Program-made: the position numbers and the translations under genes
The notes under the pieces: generated by a model
Database searches by the model: none
What the model was told of the DNA's origin: nothing
What the model saw: the letters and a program-made list of their open reading frames with translations, nothing else
Origin: Chitinivorax sp. B
GTDB lineage: Bacteria > Pseudomonadota > Gammaproteobacteria > Burkholderiales > SCOH01
Assembly (NCBI RefSeq): GCF_005503445.1
Contig: NZ_SCOH01000011.1
Span: forward strand, 34,085-98,084
DNA: 64,000 bases
Direction: 5' to 3'
In this document: positions 52,418 through 64,000 of the stretch, one piece after another
How positions within the stretch are numbered: the first letter of the stretch is position 1
How the letters are laid out: each line of letters begins with the position of its first letter

Positions 52418-53932
52418 TCAGCGCAGACTGACCAGCGTCTGCAAAACGGAATCCTGCGTTTTGATGGTTTGCGCATTGGCCTGATAGCTGCGTTGTGCCG
52501 TGATCATGTTTACCAACTCAGCTGTCAGATCGACGTTGGAATCCTCCATCGCACCGGACTGCAAGGTCCCAAACCCTGCATCCCCTGGCAAACCCACCTG
52601 TTCGGTACCCGCCTGGAAGGTTTGTACCCATTGGTTGTTACCCGCCGGCTGCAACCCCTGTACGTTCGGGAAGCTGGCCAGCCGCACAAAACCTTCGGTA
52701 CGGCTTTGGCCGTTGGTGTAACGCACGGTGATCGCGCCGGTTGGCGAGATCGAGAATCCAGCCAATTGCCCTGGCGCAAAGCCATCTTGCTGGGCCTTGA
52801 CAGAGAAGCCAGAGGCAAACTGGGTCGAACCCTTGAAGTTCAACGGGAAATCCAAGCTGCGGTACGGTGGTGCATTACCAGCCGCGCCATAGGTCACCAC
52901 GGTATTGATACCCTTGACCTGGTTAATATTGGTCAATTCGTCCGCGATGCCTTTCAGATTCAGACTGATGTCGGGTGGAGTCGATGGCGGATAGCTGGTA
53001 CCAGCCACTTTATAACCGGTCAACTGACCATTGGTGTCGAAGGTCAGGCGCAAATCAGCCAAACCTGCCAATGGCAGACCTGTGATCGGATCATAGGCGT
53101 TACCAGTCCCATTAACCTGAGGCAGAAAGGCTCCGCCCCCTGGGGCACGTACCCCGACATTAGCTGCACTGGCACCATCGGCCACCATCATCACCGCCCA
53201 CTCGTTCGGGACTTCGGTTTTGATGTAGAAAGTAGTCAGTGCATGCGCCATACCTTCGCTATCGTATACCGTCAATGAAGTCGCTGTGGTATAGCTGGAT
53301 GCATCTGGAATCGGGCTACCCAACGGGCCGCCAACCGGTGTAGTCGATGATTTGAAATTGTTTTTGTTGGTAGGCGTGGTTTTGGTTGCATCAAGGTTGA
53401 CGTTGAACATCGCCCCCCGCTCCGCTCCCAGGCTGGCCCCAGTAGCCTGGGGCGCAGACTGGCCGTTGGGGTCGATACGCAGATTGATTTCCTTACCACG
53501 ATCCGCCACATCTCTGGCTACGCCAGTCAAGGCATCCACCGCTTGGGTCACCCCAAAACCAGTCAGATAATTGCCCCGGTTATCAACCAAGTAACCAAAC
53601 TTATCCTGCTTGAATTGGCCATTACGGGTGTAACTGATGGCACCGGCTGGCGATGACATGCGGAAGAACCCATTGTCGTTGATAGCCAGATCCAGTGGGT
53701 TGGCCGACGAGGTGATATTACCCTGTGTAAATTGCTGCGCCACGCGACTGACGTAGGCACCAATCCCCGCCTGGGTACCTGACAATCCCACTAGGGTGGA
53801 TGCAAAGATATCCGCAAATTCGGTACGGGAGTACTTGAAGCCAACCGTATTGGCATTGGCCACGTTGTTGCCGATCACATCCAGATTCTTGGCTGATACG
53901 TTCAGACCGGACAAACCTTGTTGAAAACCCAT
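52418..53932 (-). CDS. flgE: flagellar hook protein
   Basis: 504 aa, starting MGFQQGLSGLNVSAKNLDVIGNNVANANTVGFK. Confidence 0.9.
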   Translation of the reverse strand: MGFQQGLSGLNVSAKNLDVIGNNVANANTVGFKYSRTEFADIFASTLVGLSGTQAGIGAYVSRVAQQFTQGNITSSANPLDLAINDNGFFRMSSPAGAISYTRNGQFKQDKFGYLVDNRGNYLTGFGVTQAVDALTGVARDVADRGKEINLRIDPNGQSAPQATGASLGAERGAMFNVNLDATKTTPTNKNNFKSSTTPVGGPLGSPIPDASSYTTATSLTVYDSEGMAHALTTFYIKTEVPNEWAVMMVADGASAANVGVRAPGGGAFLPQVNGTGNAYDPITGLPLAGLADLRLTFDTNGQLTGYKVAGTSYPPSTPPDISLNLKGIADELTNINQVKGINTVVTYGAAGNAPPYRSLDFPLNFKGSTQFASGFSVKAQQDGFAPGQLAGFSISPTGAITVRYTNGQSRTEGFVRLASFPNVQGLQPAGNNQWVQTFQAGTEQVGLPGDAGFGTLQSGAMEDSNVDLTAELVNMITAQRSYQANAQTIKTQDSVLQTLVSLR

Positions 53933-53949
53933 TGTCTATACTCCTGCCA

Positions 53950-54624
53950 TTACACGATTTGCTTCACATCGGCGAAAGCCACATTACCCAGCTTGCCAAC
54001 ATCAAGTTTGACACCATCATCACCCAACAACACACTATTGACCCGCGAAAAAGCATATGGCATTGCCTGGATCGATTTACCTTTGTACGATGCGCTGATT
54101 TCAAAATGGTACTGCCCGTCCGGCAGTTGACTACCCTTGTCGTCCTTGCCATCCCATGCCAGTCGCAGCACGCCCGCACTTTGACCGCCCAGCTCCTGCT
54201 TGCTGACCAGCTTGCCATCCTTGTCGAGAATCGATACTGTCACCTGATCGACATCTTCGGCAAAATTGACACCCGCAGCACCCTTGCTGCCCGCGAGATC
54301 AATCAGATTGCCTGGCACCAGCGCCTGCCGGCCAATCACACTGGCAGCCTGCATGGCCTGCCCGGCCATCATGCTTTTCGACAGTGCTGCGATCGATTCA
54401 TTCAGCTTGGTAATCCCCGCTACGGTGTTGATCTGCGCCATTTGCGAAGTCACCTGTGCGTTATCCAGCGGATTCAGTGGATCCTGATTACGCATCTGCG
54501 TGGTCAACAGGCGAAGGAAGCGGTCCTGAGCCTCTTCCATGGTATTGGTGGTTTTCTTGGCCGCACTCGTCCCGTTGGTATTCTGGGTTGAGCCGGCACC
54601 ACCGATGTTGTTCACGTCAGCCAT
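53950..54624 (-). CDS. flgD: flagellar hook capping/assembly protein
   Basis: 224 aa, FlgD-like. Confidence 0.85.
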   Translation of the reverse strand: MADVNNIGGAGSTQNTNGTSAAKKTTNTMEEAQDRFLRLLTTQMRNQDPLNPLDNAQVTSQMAQINTVAGITKLNESIAALSKSMMAGQAMQAASVIGRQALVPGNLIDLAGSKGAAGVNFAEDVDQVTVSILDKDGKLVSKQELGGQSAGVLRLAWDGKDDKGSQLPDGQYHFEISASYKGKSIQAMPYAFSRVNSVLLGDDGVKLDVGKLGNVAFADVKQIV

Positions 54625-54634
54625 CAGGGTCTCC

Positions 54635-55039
54635 TTACTGACCGATCTGCAGGGTTTTCAGCAGCATGGTCTTGGCGGTATTCATCATGTCTGCGTTGGT
54701 TTGGTAAGAGCGGGAGGCTGAGATCATGTTCACCATCTCCTCCACCGCATTGACATTTGGAAATGTCACATAGCCATTGCCATCGGCAAACGGGCTGGTC
54801 GGATCATAAACAATACGCGGTGGTGCCGGGTCTTCAATCACCTCGCGTACCCGCACCCCGGCCACATTCGGCTGACTCTTTGTCAGCGGCGTGGTTTCAA
54901 ATACCACCTGCTTCGCCTTGTAGACCTCACCAGTGCTGGAAGTGGCACTGTCGATATTCGCCAGATTGCTGGCCACCACATTCAATCGCTGTGACTGAGC
55001 TGTCATTGCAGAACCGGCGATATCGAATACCTTGAACAT
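54635..55039 (-). CDS. flgC: flagellar proximal rod protein
   Basis: 134 aa, starting [31 protein letters not shown]. Confidence 0.9.
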   Translation of the reverse strand: MFKVFDIAGSAMTAQSQRLNVVASNLANIDSATSSTGEVYKAKQVVFETTPLTKSQPNVAGVRVREVIEDPAPPRIVYDPTSPFADGNGYVTFPNVNAVEEMVNMISASRSYQTNADMMNTAKTMLLKTLQIGQ

Positions 55040-55053
55040 GGTCCGGCTCCTAA

Positions 55054-55455
55054 TCAGCGAGTCTGCATCGCACTCGTCAACGAGCGAATACGACTATTGA
55101 GGAAAGTTAGTTCGGCTTGGTAGCGGACTGCATTGTCGGTGAAATTGGCCAGCTCGGTATCGGTATCCACCGTATTACCATCAATACTGGCCTGCTTTTC
55201 CAGGCGATACAGTACTTGTGCGCCAGCCGCACTCCCGTCTGCCGGGCCAAGATGGCGCTTGTGTGTCGTATTCAACTTCAAATCACCGCGATTACCCATT
55301 GCACCACTGAGCGCTGCAGCAAAATCGATATCCTTGGCTTTGTAACCCGGGGTATCAGCGTTGGCAATGTTGGAGGCAATCAGCTCCTGCCGGAAAGTAC
55401 GCAGCTTGATGGCTTTTTCCAGAAAAGCGAATTCGCGATCAATTTTGCCGAGCAT
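55054..55455 (-). CDS. flgB: flagellar proximal rod protein
   Basis: A 133-aa product from MLGKIDREF (ATG at 55455) preceded by GGAG. The track start at 55467 would leave no room for a leader after the sigma54 promoter. Confidence 0.85.
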   Translation of the reverse strand: MLGKIDREFAFLEKAIKLRTFRQELIASNIANADTPGYKAKDIDFAAALSGAMGNRGDLKLNTTHKRHLGPADGSAAGAQVLYRLEKQASIDGNTVDTDTELANFTDNAVRYQAELTFLNSRIRSLTSAMQTR

Positions 55456-55485
55456 GGCAGTCTCCAAAAGTCTTGCTCAACCTCA

Positions 55486-55501
55486 AGCACGATATGTGCC
55501 A
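55486..55501 (-). promoter_or_regulatory. sigma54 (RpoN)-type promoter upstream of flgB
   Basis: The minus strand reads TGGCAC-ATATC-GTGCT, with GG and GC at the -24/-12 spacing. Confidence 0.45.
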
Positions 55502-55751
55502 ATACGCATTTCCTGCCAAAATGCTTGATATACCAAGAGAGAACCATGTGTAGTGGTAAATGACAGAAGCGACGGCACCCGCTGGCGGCAAGATTTGCCG
55601 GCAACAATGACAAACTGTCGGCAATAAGTGAACAAAGGCACAACTGGGCAATCGTTGGGTAGTGGCTCATCCGTCAAGATGTGGGATCAGCACCACTGAT
55701 ATTCGCTCATCACTTGAGGAGCTGCCATCAATTTATTCAGCGAAAAACATA

Positions 55752-57605
55752 CTAGTCGGCAGCAAGTACCTTATTCTTGCCGGCTTTTTTGGCCCGATAC
55801 ATGGCATCATCCGCCCGCCCGATCACTGAGTCCTGCTCCTCCCCCGGTCGATAGCGGGCCACACCTGCGCTGAAGGTAATCAGCAGTCGCTCATTATTGA
55901 ACAGGAAAAAGCGCTTAGTCAGCTCACGCTGCAAACGCTCCATGACGCGAATACCCTCATCCTGTTCAGTATTGACCAGCAACACCACAAATTCCTCACC
56001 GCCATAGCGAGCCACAATATCCGTTGGTCGCAAGGTGTCCCGTACCACACCCGCCAGATGAACCAGCGCGCCATCTCCGGCGCTATGCCCCAGTCGATCA
56101 TTCAGTTGCTTGAAATTATCAACATCCAGCAAGGCGACGCACAGAGGCGCCGCTTCCCGTTCCGAGCGGGACACCTCGGCAAAGAAAGCATCATCCAGAC
56201 CACGCCGGTTCAATGCCCCTGTCAGATGGTCCTGTTTGACCTTTTCGCTGATGGCTCGCAATTCACCCTCAAGATTACGGATACGCTCTTCCGCATCCTG
56301 CGCCTGCTGGCGAGCCAATTGCATTTCGTCGCGAGAGCGCAGCATATCGGTCTGCACACTGCGGGTATCATTCATCAGATCAGCCAGCAACTGGTTCAAT
56401 TGCAGCATATCGTCCGTTTCCTGGATGCGTTCAGCGTAGATTTTGACCTTATCGTGATAGCCACCAGTACTATTGGACATGACGCCCAGACGGTCGATGA
56501 ACGTTGCCACCATATGCTTGAATGTTTCCTTGGCTTCATTCAGGCCGTGCTTGAGCGCCCCCTGCTTGATGATCAAATCCTTGAAACTGGCCTCTGCCGC
56601 ATAGATCTGCCGTGCGGTAAGGGGTTTGTCGATCATGTCACGCAGTACTGCCACCTGCCCGTCAATCCACTGGTCGTCCACAACCAGCTCACCAATATTG
56701 TCGACCAACAGCTCCAGCAAACGCAGCAGCCCGGTGAACAGACGCTCATCATGGTCATTATGCAATTCAAGTTTGATGCAGAATTTTTTGGTCTGCGCAG
56801 CAAAGCGTTGTAAGGTTGTTTCATCACGCACCTCCCGCACTGCAACCAGCAAGGCTTCCGCTTCGCCTTGCAACTCCGGGAAGGGCTTCAAACGTGCCAC
56901 CAACCCACTCGACACAATCAGTGACATCAATTCAGACCAGGCTGCCAAACCCACCATACCCGCGCTGACAGCCGCTGCACCCTCAACAGCACCCTGAGCA
57001 TTCCCGGTTACCTTTCGTGATACATCAGCACCAACGGCCTCTTCATCTGCCGTTTCGACACCAGCCTCTGGCTCCCCCCCCTCTGCCCAACTCTTCAGCA
57101 TCCCTGCAAGCTTCTCGTTCAACTGGGCTAGATCACTACCAAAATTGATCAACACCCGCTCAAGTGCATCCTTCTTTTTGCCACTGGAAAAACCGGGGCG
57201 GTGCAGATCCCATTCCCGCAGCAATTCGCGAATCAATTCAGGCCACGGACGCGAGAAACGACGTCCTGCTAAACTATTCAGGATTTCGTCTTCATACAGA
57301 TTGAAAAACTTGGGCCATTGCTGCGCTGCAGCCAACTGATCCAGCTCTTTGATGGCTCGACCACGAGCAGGGCTTCCCTTGGCAGCTTGTTGTAAAGGTT
57401 TCAACAATTCACCCAACAACTCGCTATGACCAGTTGCCACAGCATCACGAATACCAGCGATTTCGTTGTAGATCTTGCGGTAATTGTCTGGATCAGGCAT
57501 GACCTTGCGCTGAGCCATCAATTTCAAGGTTTCACGTGCGACCAGCGAAGGATTGACGTTTTTTTCCATGATTGTTCCGAGCACGACAACAGCCACCGTG
57601 CTCAA
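55752..57605 (-). CDS. GGDEF-domain diguanylate cyclase with large N-terminal helical sensor region
   Basis: 617 aa with a C-terminal GGDEF domain. The I-site RPTD and the active site GGEEF are both intact (LRPTDIVARYGGEEF). No TM segments were seen. Confidence 0.85.
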   Translation of the reverse strand: MSTVAVVVLGTIMEKNVNPSLVARETLKLMAQRKVMPDPDNYRKIYNEIAGIRDAVATGHSELLGELLKPLQQAAKGSPARGRAIKELDQLAAAQQWPKFFNLYEDEILNSLAGRRFSRPWPELIRELLREWDLHRPGFSSGKKKDALERVLINFGSDLAQLNEKLAGMLKSWAEGGEPEAGVETADEEAVGADVSRKVTGNAQGAVEGAAAVSAGMVGLAAWSELMSLIVSSGLVARLKPFPELQGEAEALLVAVREVRDETTLQRFAAQTKKFCIKLELHNDHDERLFTGLLRLLELLVDNIGELVVDDQWIDGQVAVLRDMIDKPLTARQIYAAEASFKDLIIKQGALKHGLNEAKETFKHMVATFIDRLGVMSNSTGGYHDKVKIYAERIQETDDMLQLNQLLADLMNDTRSVQTDMLRSRDEMQLARQQAQDAEERIRNLEGELRAISEKVKQDHLTGALNRRGLDDAFFAEVSRSEREAAPLCVALLDVDNFKQLNDRLGHSAGDGALVHLAGVVRDTLRPTDIVARYGGEEFVVLLVNTEQDEGIRVMERLQRELTKRFFLFNNERLLITFSAGVARYRPGEEQDSVIGRADDAMYRAKKAGKNKVLAAD

Positions 57606-57804
57606 TCAGCAAGGTGGTACAACACACATCACAGCAATATATGCATTGTAGGCGCTGGTGGACAGGCTTTCATCATTGTATTTGTCCATCCATACTTAAA
57701 AATCGGATCAGCAAAGATGTCATGAGCTCAAACAAACACGCTGAGCAGGCGCGACAATCGGCATGCCCAGTCAACGAGTATGACGGCGCACAAACCAAAC
57801 GGTG

Positions 57805-58143
57805 CTATGGGGCACGCCCAGTAACAGAAGCAGGGGGAGTAGATAGGGTTGGTGGTGCTTGTACGGGCGTTTCCAGAACCTGAAAGAACACCTCATCATG
57901 CCGGATCATACCCAATTCGTTACGTGCACGTTCTTCAATGGCATCGTAACCCTGTTTGAGGTCGTTCACTTCCGCCTCAAGCGACGCATTGCGCGCCTGC
58001 AGTTGCTCGTTGACCCCTTTCTGCTTGACCAGTTCACTGTCGTTCTTCCAAACGCTCAGCCAGCTGCCTTTGCCTACCCACAAGGGGTATTGCAGCAACG
58101 CGATCAATGCAACCAGAATGAGGGTGAGAAAACGCATAGTCAA
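57805..58143 (-). CDS. ftsB: cell division protein FtsB
   Basis: 112 aa with an N-terminal TM followed by a coiled coil ([18 protein letters not shown]). Confidence 0.8.
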   Translation of the reverse strand: MTMRFLTLILVALIALLQYPLWVGKGSWLSVWKNDSELVKQKGVNEQLQARNASLEAEVNDLKQGYDAIEERARNELGMIRHDEVFFQVLETPVQAPPTLSTPPASVTGRAP

Positions 58144-58201
58144 TTAAAACACTCGCGACGATCGCCGCGAGTGTTACAGGTCACCAAGTAAATTACAAGC
58201 C

Positions 58202-59491
<1,290 letters not shown>

Positions 59492-59554
59492 TCAACCTTA
59501 TGTTCAATCAGTGGATGAATGGGTTCTGCTAACTTATTTGGACCACGACCGTGG

Positions 59555-60415
59555 TCACTGGCCCAGGAGTTCGTTTTCGGCAAAGCCGGCTTGCTTGACC
59601 AGTGCATCAATTGCCTGCAAGGTCTTCAGCAAATCTTTCAACTTGCCCAGCGGCCAGGCATTGGGTCCATCCGACATCGCCTCACACGGGTTCGGATGGG
59701 TTTCCATGAACAGGCCAGCCACGCCCGTTGCCACCGCAGCGCGCGCCAGTACAGGTACAAATTCACGTTGTCCGCCAGAGGATGAACCTTGCCCACCCGG
59801 CAACTGCACGGAGTGAGTAGCATCGAATACAACCGGGCAACCAGTTTCCCGCATGATGGCCAAACTGCGCATATCGGAAACCAGATTGTTGTAACCAAAG
59901 CTGACACCGCGTTCACAGGCCATGAAGTTATCTTCGGGCAGTCCAGCCTCACGTGCCGCCTCACGCGCCTTGTCCATGACATTCTTCATGTCATGCGGAG
60001 CCAGGAACTGACCTTTCTTGATATTAACCGGCTTACCAGACTGCGCACAGGCCCGGATGAAATCCGTCTGACGGCACAGGAAAGCTGGTGTCTGCAACAC
60101 ATCCACCACATCAGCAACCGGCTTGATCTGGTCGATATCATGAATATCGGTCAGCACGGGTACGGCTAATTGCTCCTTGACCTTGGCGAGGATGCGCAGC
60201 CCCTCTTCCATGCCGAAGCCACGGAATGACTTGCCAGAGGAACGATTCGCCTTGTCGAAGCTGGATTTGTAAACGAATGGGATGCCCAGTTCAGCTGCAA
60301 TTTCCTTGAGTTGTCCGGCGGTATCGATGGCAAATTGTTCGCCCTCGATGACGCAGGGGCCGGCGATCAGGAAAAACGGGTGATTCAACCCGACTTCAAC
60401 GCCACACAGTTTCAT
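59555..60415 (-). CDS. kdsA: 3-deoxy-8-phosphooctulonate synthase
   Basis: KdsA family. The start was chosen at MKLCGVEVG (ATG at 60415), which gives about 286 aa. Confidence 0.9.
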   Translation of the reverse strand: MKLCGVEVGLNHPFFLIAGPCVIEGEQFAIDTAGQLKEIAAELGIPFVYKSSFDKANRSSGKSFRGFGMEEGLRILAKVKEQLAVPVLTDIHDIDQIKPVADVVDVLQTPAFLCRQTDFIRACAQSGKPVNIKKGQFLAPHDMKNVMDKAREAAREAGLPEDNFMACERGVSFGYNNLVSDMRSLAIMRETGCPVVFDATHSVQLPGGQGSSSGGQREFVPVLARAAVATGVAGLFMETHPNPCEAMSDGPNAWPLGKLKDLLKTLQAIDALVKQAGFAENELLGQ

Positions 60416-60510
60416 GATCACATCCTGTTTAGCGATGATGGAGCACACTGCTCACACCACCGACACGATGACAAAAACAAGCCGGCATCAAGCCGGCTTG
60501 TGTATTCCAA

Positions 60511-62163
60511 TCAGCAGTGCAATCCCTCACGCCCATTTTCGCGGGCGTAGGTAATTGCAGCCTCGACATACGCCTGGAACAACGGGTGCCCGTCGCGCGG
60601 TGTCGAAGTGAATTCCGGGTGGAACTGGCAACCGAAGAACCAGCGATGGTTCGGCAGCTCAATGGTTTCACACAGATGATTCGGATCGGTCGAACGGCCA
60701 CTGACTTTCAGGCCAGCTGCTTCCAGGCGTGGCAAGTAGTGGTTGTTGACTTCATAACGGTGGCGATGGCGCTCAACAATGCGGTTTGCACCATAAATAC
60801 GTGCTGCCAGCGAATCCGCCTGCAGGTCACAGTCCTGACCACCCAGGCGCATGGTGCCACCCATATTGGAGTTCTCGTCACGGGTTTCGATCTTGCCGTC
60901 ACGATTGATCCACTCGTCAATCAACGCCACCACCGGGAACGGGGTTTCGCGTGTGAATTCAGTGGAGTTGGCATCGGTCATGCCAGCCACATCGCGGGCA
61001 TATTCGATCAACGCCAGTTGCATACCCAAACAGATGCCCAGGTACGGAACATTGTGCTCACGGGCATAGCGCACAGCACGGATCTTGCCTTCCACACCAC
61101 GCTTACCGAAACCACCCGGCACCAGGATTGCATCCATGTCCTTCAGTTCGTGCAGATCACCGGTTTCCAACTCTTCGGAATCCAGATAATGAATCCTCAC
61201 TTCGCTACGAGTATGAATTCCCGCGTGTTTCAATGCTTCGATCAATGACTTGTAGGATTCGGTCAGATCAACATATTTGCCGACCATCGCCACATTAACT
61301 GTCTGACCAGGATTTTCCACAGCCTCGACAATATTGTCCCACATGCTCAAATCCGCTTTAGGCAGATTCAATTGCAATTGCTTGCAGATGATCTCGTCGA
61401 TACCCTGATCGCACAACACACGAGGAATCTTGTAGATCGAATCCATATCCGGGCAGGACACCACAGCACGCTCGGACACATTGGTGAACAACGCGATCTT
61501 CTTGCGTTCATCTTCCGGCACCATACGGTCAGCACGGCAAATCAACACATCCGGCTGGATACCGATTTCGCGCAGCTCCTTGACCGAGTGCTGAGTTGGC
61601 TTGGTTTTGATTTCACCTGCCGCAGCAATATATGGCACATAGGACAGATGCACGAAGCAAGTGTTTTCACGGCCCAGCTCAACACCCATCTGGCGGATCG
61701 CTTCCAGGAACGGCAGCGACTCGATATCACCCACAGTACCGCCCACTTCGATCACAGCCAGTTCAGCTTCGCTAGCACCCTGATTGATGAACAATTTCAT
61801 CTCATCGGTGATGTGCGGAATTACCTGTACGGTTTTACCCAGGTAATCACCACGACGCTCTTTCTTGATCACTGACTCGTAGATCTGGCCGGTGGTGAAG
61901 TTGTTGCACTTGCGCATCTTGGCCTGGATGAAGCGCTCATAGTGGCCCAGGTCAAGATCGGTTTCCGCGCCGTCTTCAGTCACGAACACTTCGCCGTGCT
62001 GCATTGGGCTCATGGTGCCAGGATCTACGTTGATATACGGGTCCAGCTTCATCATGGTGACCTTGAGGCCGCGGGATTCGAGGATAGCTGCAAGTGACGC
62101 GGCGGCGATGCCTTTTCCTAAAGAGGAGACAACGCCGCCGGTAACGAAGATATATTTAGTCAT
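60511..62163 (-). CDS. pyrG: CTP synthase
   Basis: 550 aa with an N-terminal synthetase domain ([19 protein letters not shown]) and a C-terminal GATase domain (GICLGMQ). Confidence 0.95.
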   Translation of the reverse strand: MTKYIFVTGGVVSSLGKGIAAASLAAILESRGLKVTMMKLDPYINVDPGTMSPMQHGEVFVTEDGAETDLDLGHYERFIQAKMRKCNNFTTGQIYESVIKKERRGDYLGKTVQVIPHITDEMKLFINQGASEAELAVIEVGGTVGDIESLPFLEAIRQMGVELGRENTCFVHLSYVPYIAAAGEIKTKPTQHSVKELREIGIQPDVLICRADRMVPEDERKKIALFTNVSERAVVSCPDMDSIYKIPRVLCDQGIDEIICKQLQLNLPKADLSMWDNIVEAVENPGQTVNVAMVGKYVDLTESYKSLIEALKHAGIHTRSEVRIHYLDSEELETGDLHELKDMDAILVPGGFGKRGVEGKIRAVRYAREHNVPYLGICLGMQLALIEYARDVAGMTDANSTEFTRETPFPVVALIDEWINRDGKIETRDENSNMGGTMRLGGQDCDLQADSLAARIYGANRIVERHRHRYEVNNHYLPRLEAAGLKVSGRSTDPNHLCETIELPNHRWFFGCQFHPEFTSTPRDGHPLFQAYVEAAITYARENGREGLHC

Positions 62164-62357
62164 GTTGATACTGGCTAAATTGAATTCCGTATTCTACAGG
62201 AAATGGGACCTTTCCTCAATTCGGCGCAAGGCACGCCTGCTGGCCGAATCGAAAAATCCGATGCTGGCTCATGGACTTGGCTGACAAAAAAATTCCACCC
62301 TTAATGGGATGCGCATGTACCAAGATGACAATCCAGCTTGCCACCAAGCCACACACA

Positions 62358-62392
62358 ACAAAAAAGGCACCTATTGGTGCCTTTTTTGTTTT
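62358..62392. terminator. bidirectional intrinsic terminator (ppsA terminator)
   Basis: The sequence is AAAAAAGGCACC-TATT-GGTGCCTTTTTTGTTTT. Confidence 0.7.
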
Positions 62393-62409
62393 CGGGAAAG
62401 TTCCGCCAA

Positions 62410-64000
62410 TCAGCGAGCCAGTTCCTTCGCCAGGTAGATCCAGGTTTCCACAACCGTATCTGGGTTCAGCGATACGGTTTCGATCCCCTCTTCCACCAGC
62501 CATTTGGCCAGATCAGGATGATCCGATGGACCTTGGCCGCAGATACCAATGTACTTACCCTGCTTGCGGCACGCCTTGATTGCCATCGACAACATTGCCT
62601 TGACCGCATCATTACGCTCATCAAACAGCGATGCGATCGGACCACCGGAATCGCGGTCCAGCGCCAAAGTCAGCTGAGTCATGTCGTTGGAACCGATAGA
62701 GAATCCATCAAAATATTCCAAGAACTGCTCTGCCAGGATGGCATTGGCAGGAATCTCACACATCATGATCAGGCGCAGACCGTTTTCGCCACGCTTCAGA
62801 CCATTTTGCGCCAGCAGCTCAACCACCTGCTTCGCTTCCGTCACGGTACGCACAAACGGAATCATGACCTCGACATTGATCAATCCCATCAAGTTACGCA
62901 CCTTCTTGATTGCACGGCATTCCAACTCGAAGCAATCACGGAAAGACTCGTTGACATAACGGGACGCACCACGGAAACCGATCATCGGGTTTTCTTCGTG
63001 CGGCTCGTATAGCTGACCACCAATCAGGTTCGAGTACTCGTTCGACTTGAAGTCGGACATACGTACGATCACCTTTTTCGGCGCAAACGCTGCACCAATG
63101 GTCGCAATACCTTCAACCAACTTCTCGACATAGAAATCGACCGGGCTGGCATAACCACCGATACGATCTTCAATGATGTCTTTCACATCAGCCGGCAGAT
63201 TGGGATAAGCTAACAGCGCTTTCGGGTGAATACCAATCATACGGTTGATGATGAATTCCAGGCGAGCCAAACCCACACCTTCGTTCGGCAGATGCGCGAA
63301 GTCGAAAGCCAACTCAGGGTTACCCACGTTCATCATCAATTTCACAGGCGATGCAGGCATCTTGTCCAACGCCAGATCAATCACCTCAACATCCAACAAG
63401 CCCTTATAGATATTGCCGGTATCGCCTTCGGCGCATGAAACAGTCACTTCCATGCCGTCTTCCAGCACATCAGTCGCATCACCACAACCCACAACTGCCG
63501 GCACACCCAGCTCGCGCGCAATAATCGCTGCGTGGCAGGTACGGCCGCCGCGGTTGGTCACAATGGCTGCAGCGCGCTTCATCACTGGCTCCCAATCTGG
63601 GTCAGTCATGTCGGTAACCAAGATGTCACCTTCCTTCACGCGTTCCATTTCAGCCACATCGCGAATCATACGCACCACGCCCTGGCCCACTTTCTGGCCA
63701 ATTGCACGCCCGGAAGCAAGGATTTCAGACTTGGTGTTCAAGCGATATCGGCGCAGTGTTTCCACGCGATTTTCTTGCGACTTAACCGTTTCTGGACGCG
63801 CTTGCAGGATGTACAGCTTGCCATCCACGCCATCACGCCCCCACTCGATATCCATCGGGCGCTGATAGTGCTTTTCAATGATCACTGCGTAGCGGGCCAG
63901 TTCCTCCACTTCCGCGTCAGTAATGGAGAAAGTTTGACGATCTGTGGTTGGCACATCAATAGTCTTAACCGAACGGCCAGCTTCACGGTTTTCGGTGAAA
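62410..64000 (-). CDS. ppsA: phosphoenolpyruvate synthase, C-terminal ~2/3 (gene continues beyond window end)
   Basis: PEP-utilising enzyme motifs are present, including the phospho-His region [21 protein letters not shown] and the PEP-binding C-terminal domain. The ORF is open to the window edge. Confidence 0.85.
   Translation of the reverse strand, partial: FTENREAGRSVKTIDVPTTDRQTFSITDAEVEELARYAVIIEKHYQRPMDIEWGRDGVDGKLYILQARPETVKSQENRVETLRRYRLNTKSEILASGRAIGQKVGQGVVRMIRDVAEMERVKEGDILVTDMTDPDWEPVMKRAAAIVTNRGGRTCHAAIIARELGVPAVVGCGDATDVLEDGMEVTVSCAEGDTGNIYKGLLDVEVIDLALDKMPASPVKLMMNVGNPELAFDFAHLPNEGVGLARLEFIINRMIGIHPKALLAYPNLPADVKDIIEDRIGGYASPVDFYVEKLVEGIATIGAAFAPKKVIVRMSDFKSNEYSNLIGGQLYEPHEENPMIGFRGASRYVNESFRDCFELECRAIKKVRNLMGLINVEVMIPFVRTVTEAKQVVELLAQNGLKRGENGLRLIMMCEIPANAILAEQFLEYFDGFSIGSNDMTQLTLALDRDSGGPIASLFDERNDAVKAMLSMAIKACRKQGKYIGICGQGPSDHPDLAKWLVEEGIETVSLNPDTVVETWIYLAKELAR

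Overview
This 64-kb window is a densely coded chromosomal segment from a Gram-negative bacterium, probably a beta-proteobacterium of the Neisseriales/Chromobacteriaceae type. That guess rests on gene content and the pyrG-kdsA-eno-ftsB order. GC is roughly 55-60% by eye and was not computed. All calls are from reading the sequence and the ORF track; no database search was run.

Layout:
- 1-10.7 kb: a Pseudomonas-type arginine succinyltransferase catabolic cluster on the minus strand. Gene order is aruD-aruG-aruF-aruC, then an AraC-type argR-like gene, then aotP-aotO-aotM-aotQ-aotJ.
- 11.1-15.9 kb: a divergent giant NAD-specific glutamate dehydrogenase (gdhB, 1582 aa). Three TGTCGC-N8-AA ArgR-type boxes sit upstream of aruC, aotJ and gdhB.
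- 15.9-28.2 kb: a TetR regulator, an orphan solute-binding protein, a phasin, a LysR/MFS/tautomerase module, a secreted hypothetical, purL, cysG and a YbaY-like lipoprotein.
- 28.5-39.9 kb: the most unusual part. It is a co-directional, tightly spaced plus-strand operon of about nine genes bounded by intrinsic terminators. It encodes a YjfI-like DUF2170 protein, a PspA/IM30 (ESCRT-III-like) protein, a small tandem ribbon-helix-helix protein, a YqiJ/NfeD-like membrane protein, a 690-aa flotillin, a double zf-TFIIB zinc-ribbon protein, a 1731-aa protein with a C-terminal MoxR-like AAA+ module, and a membrane-anchored protein with a beta-trefoil-like domain. This looks like an undescribed membrane-remodelling, stress or defence module that joins the E. 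coli yjfIJ and yqiJK paralog sets with a giant ATPase.
- 40-44.1 kb: uspA, an HSL-type esterase, and an AT-rich (about 35-40% GC) non-coding stretch ending in a GC-rich IS4-family transposase remnant.
- 44.3-55.5 kb: flgLKJIHGFEDCB on the minus strand, with a sigma28-like promoter upstream of flgK and a sigma54-like promoter upstream of flgB.
- 55.8-64 kb: a GGDEF diguanylate cyclase, then ftsB, eno, kdsA, pyrG and a partial ppsA.

No rRNA, tRNA or CRISPR array was recognised.
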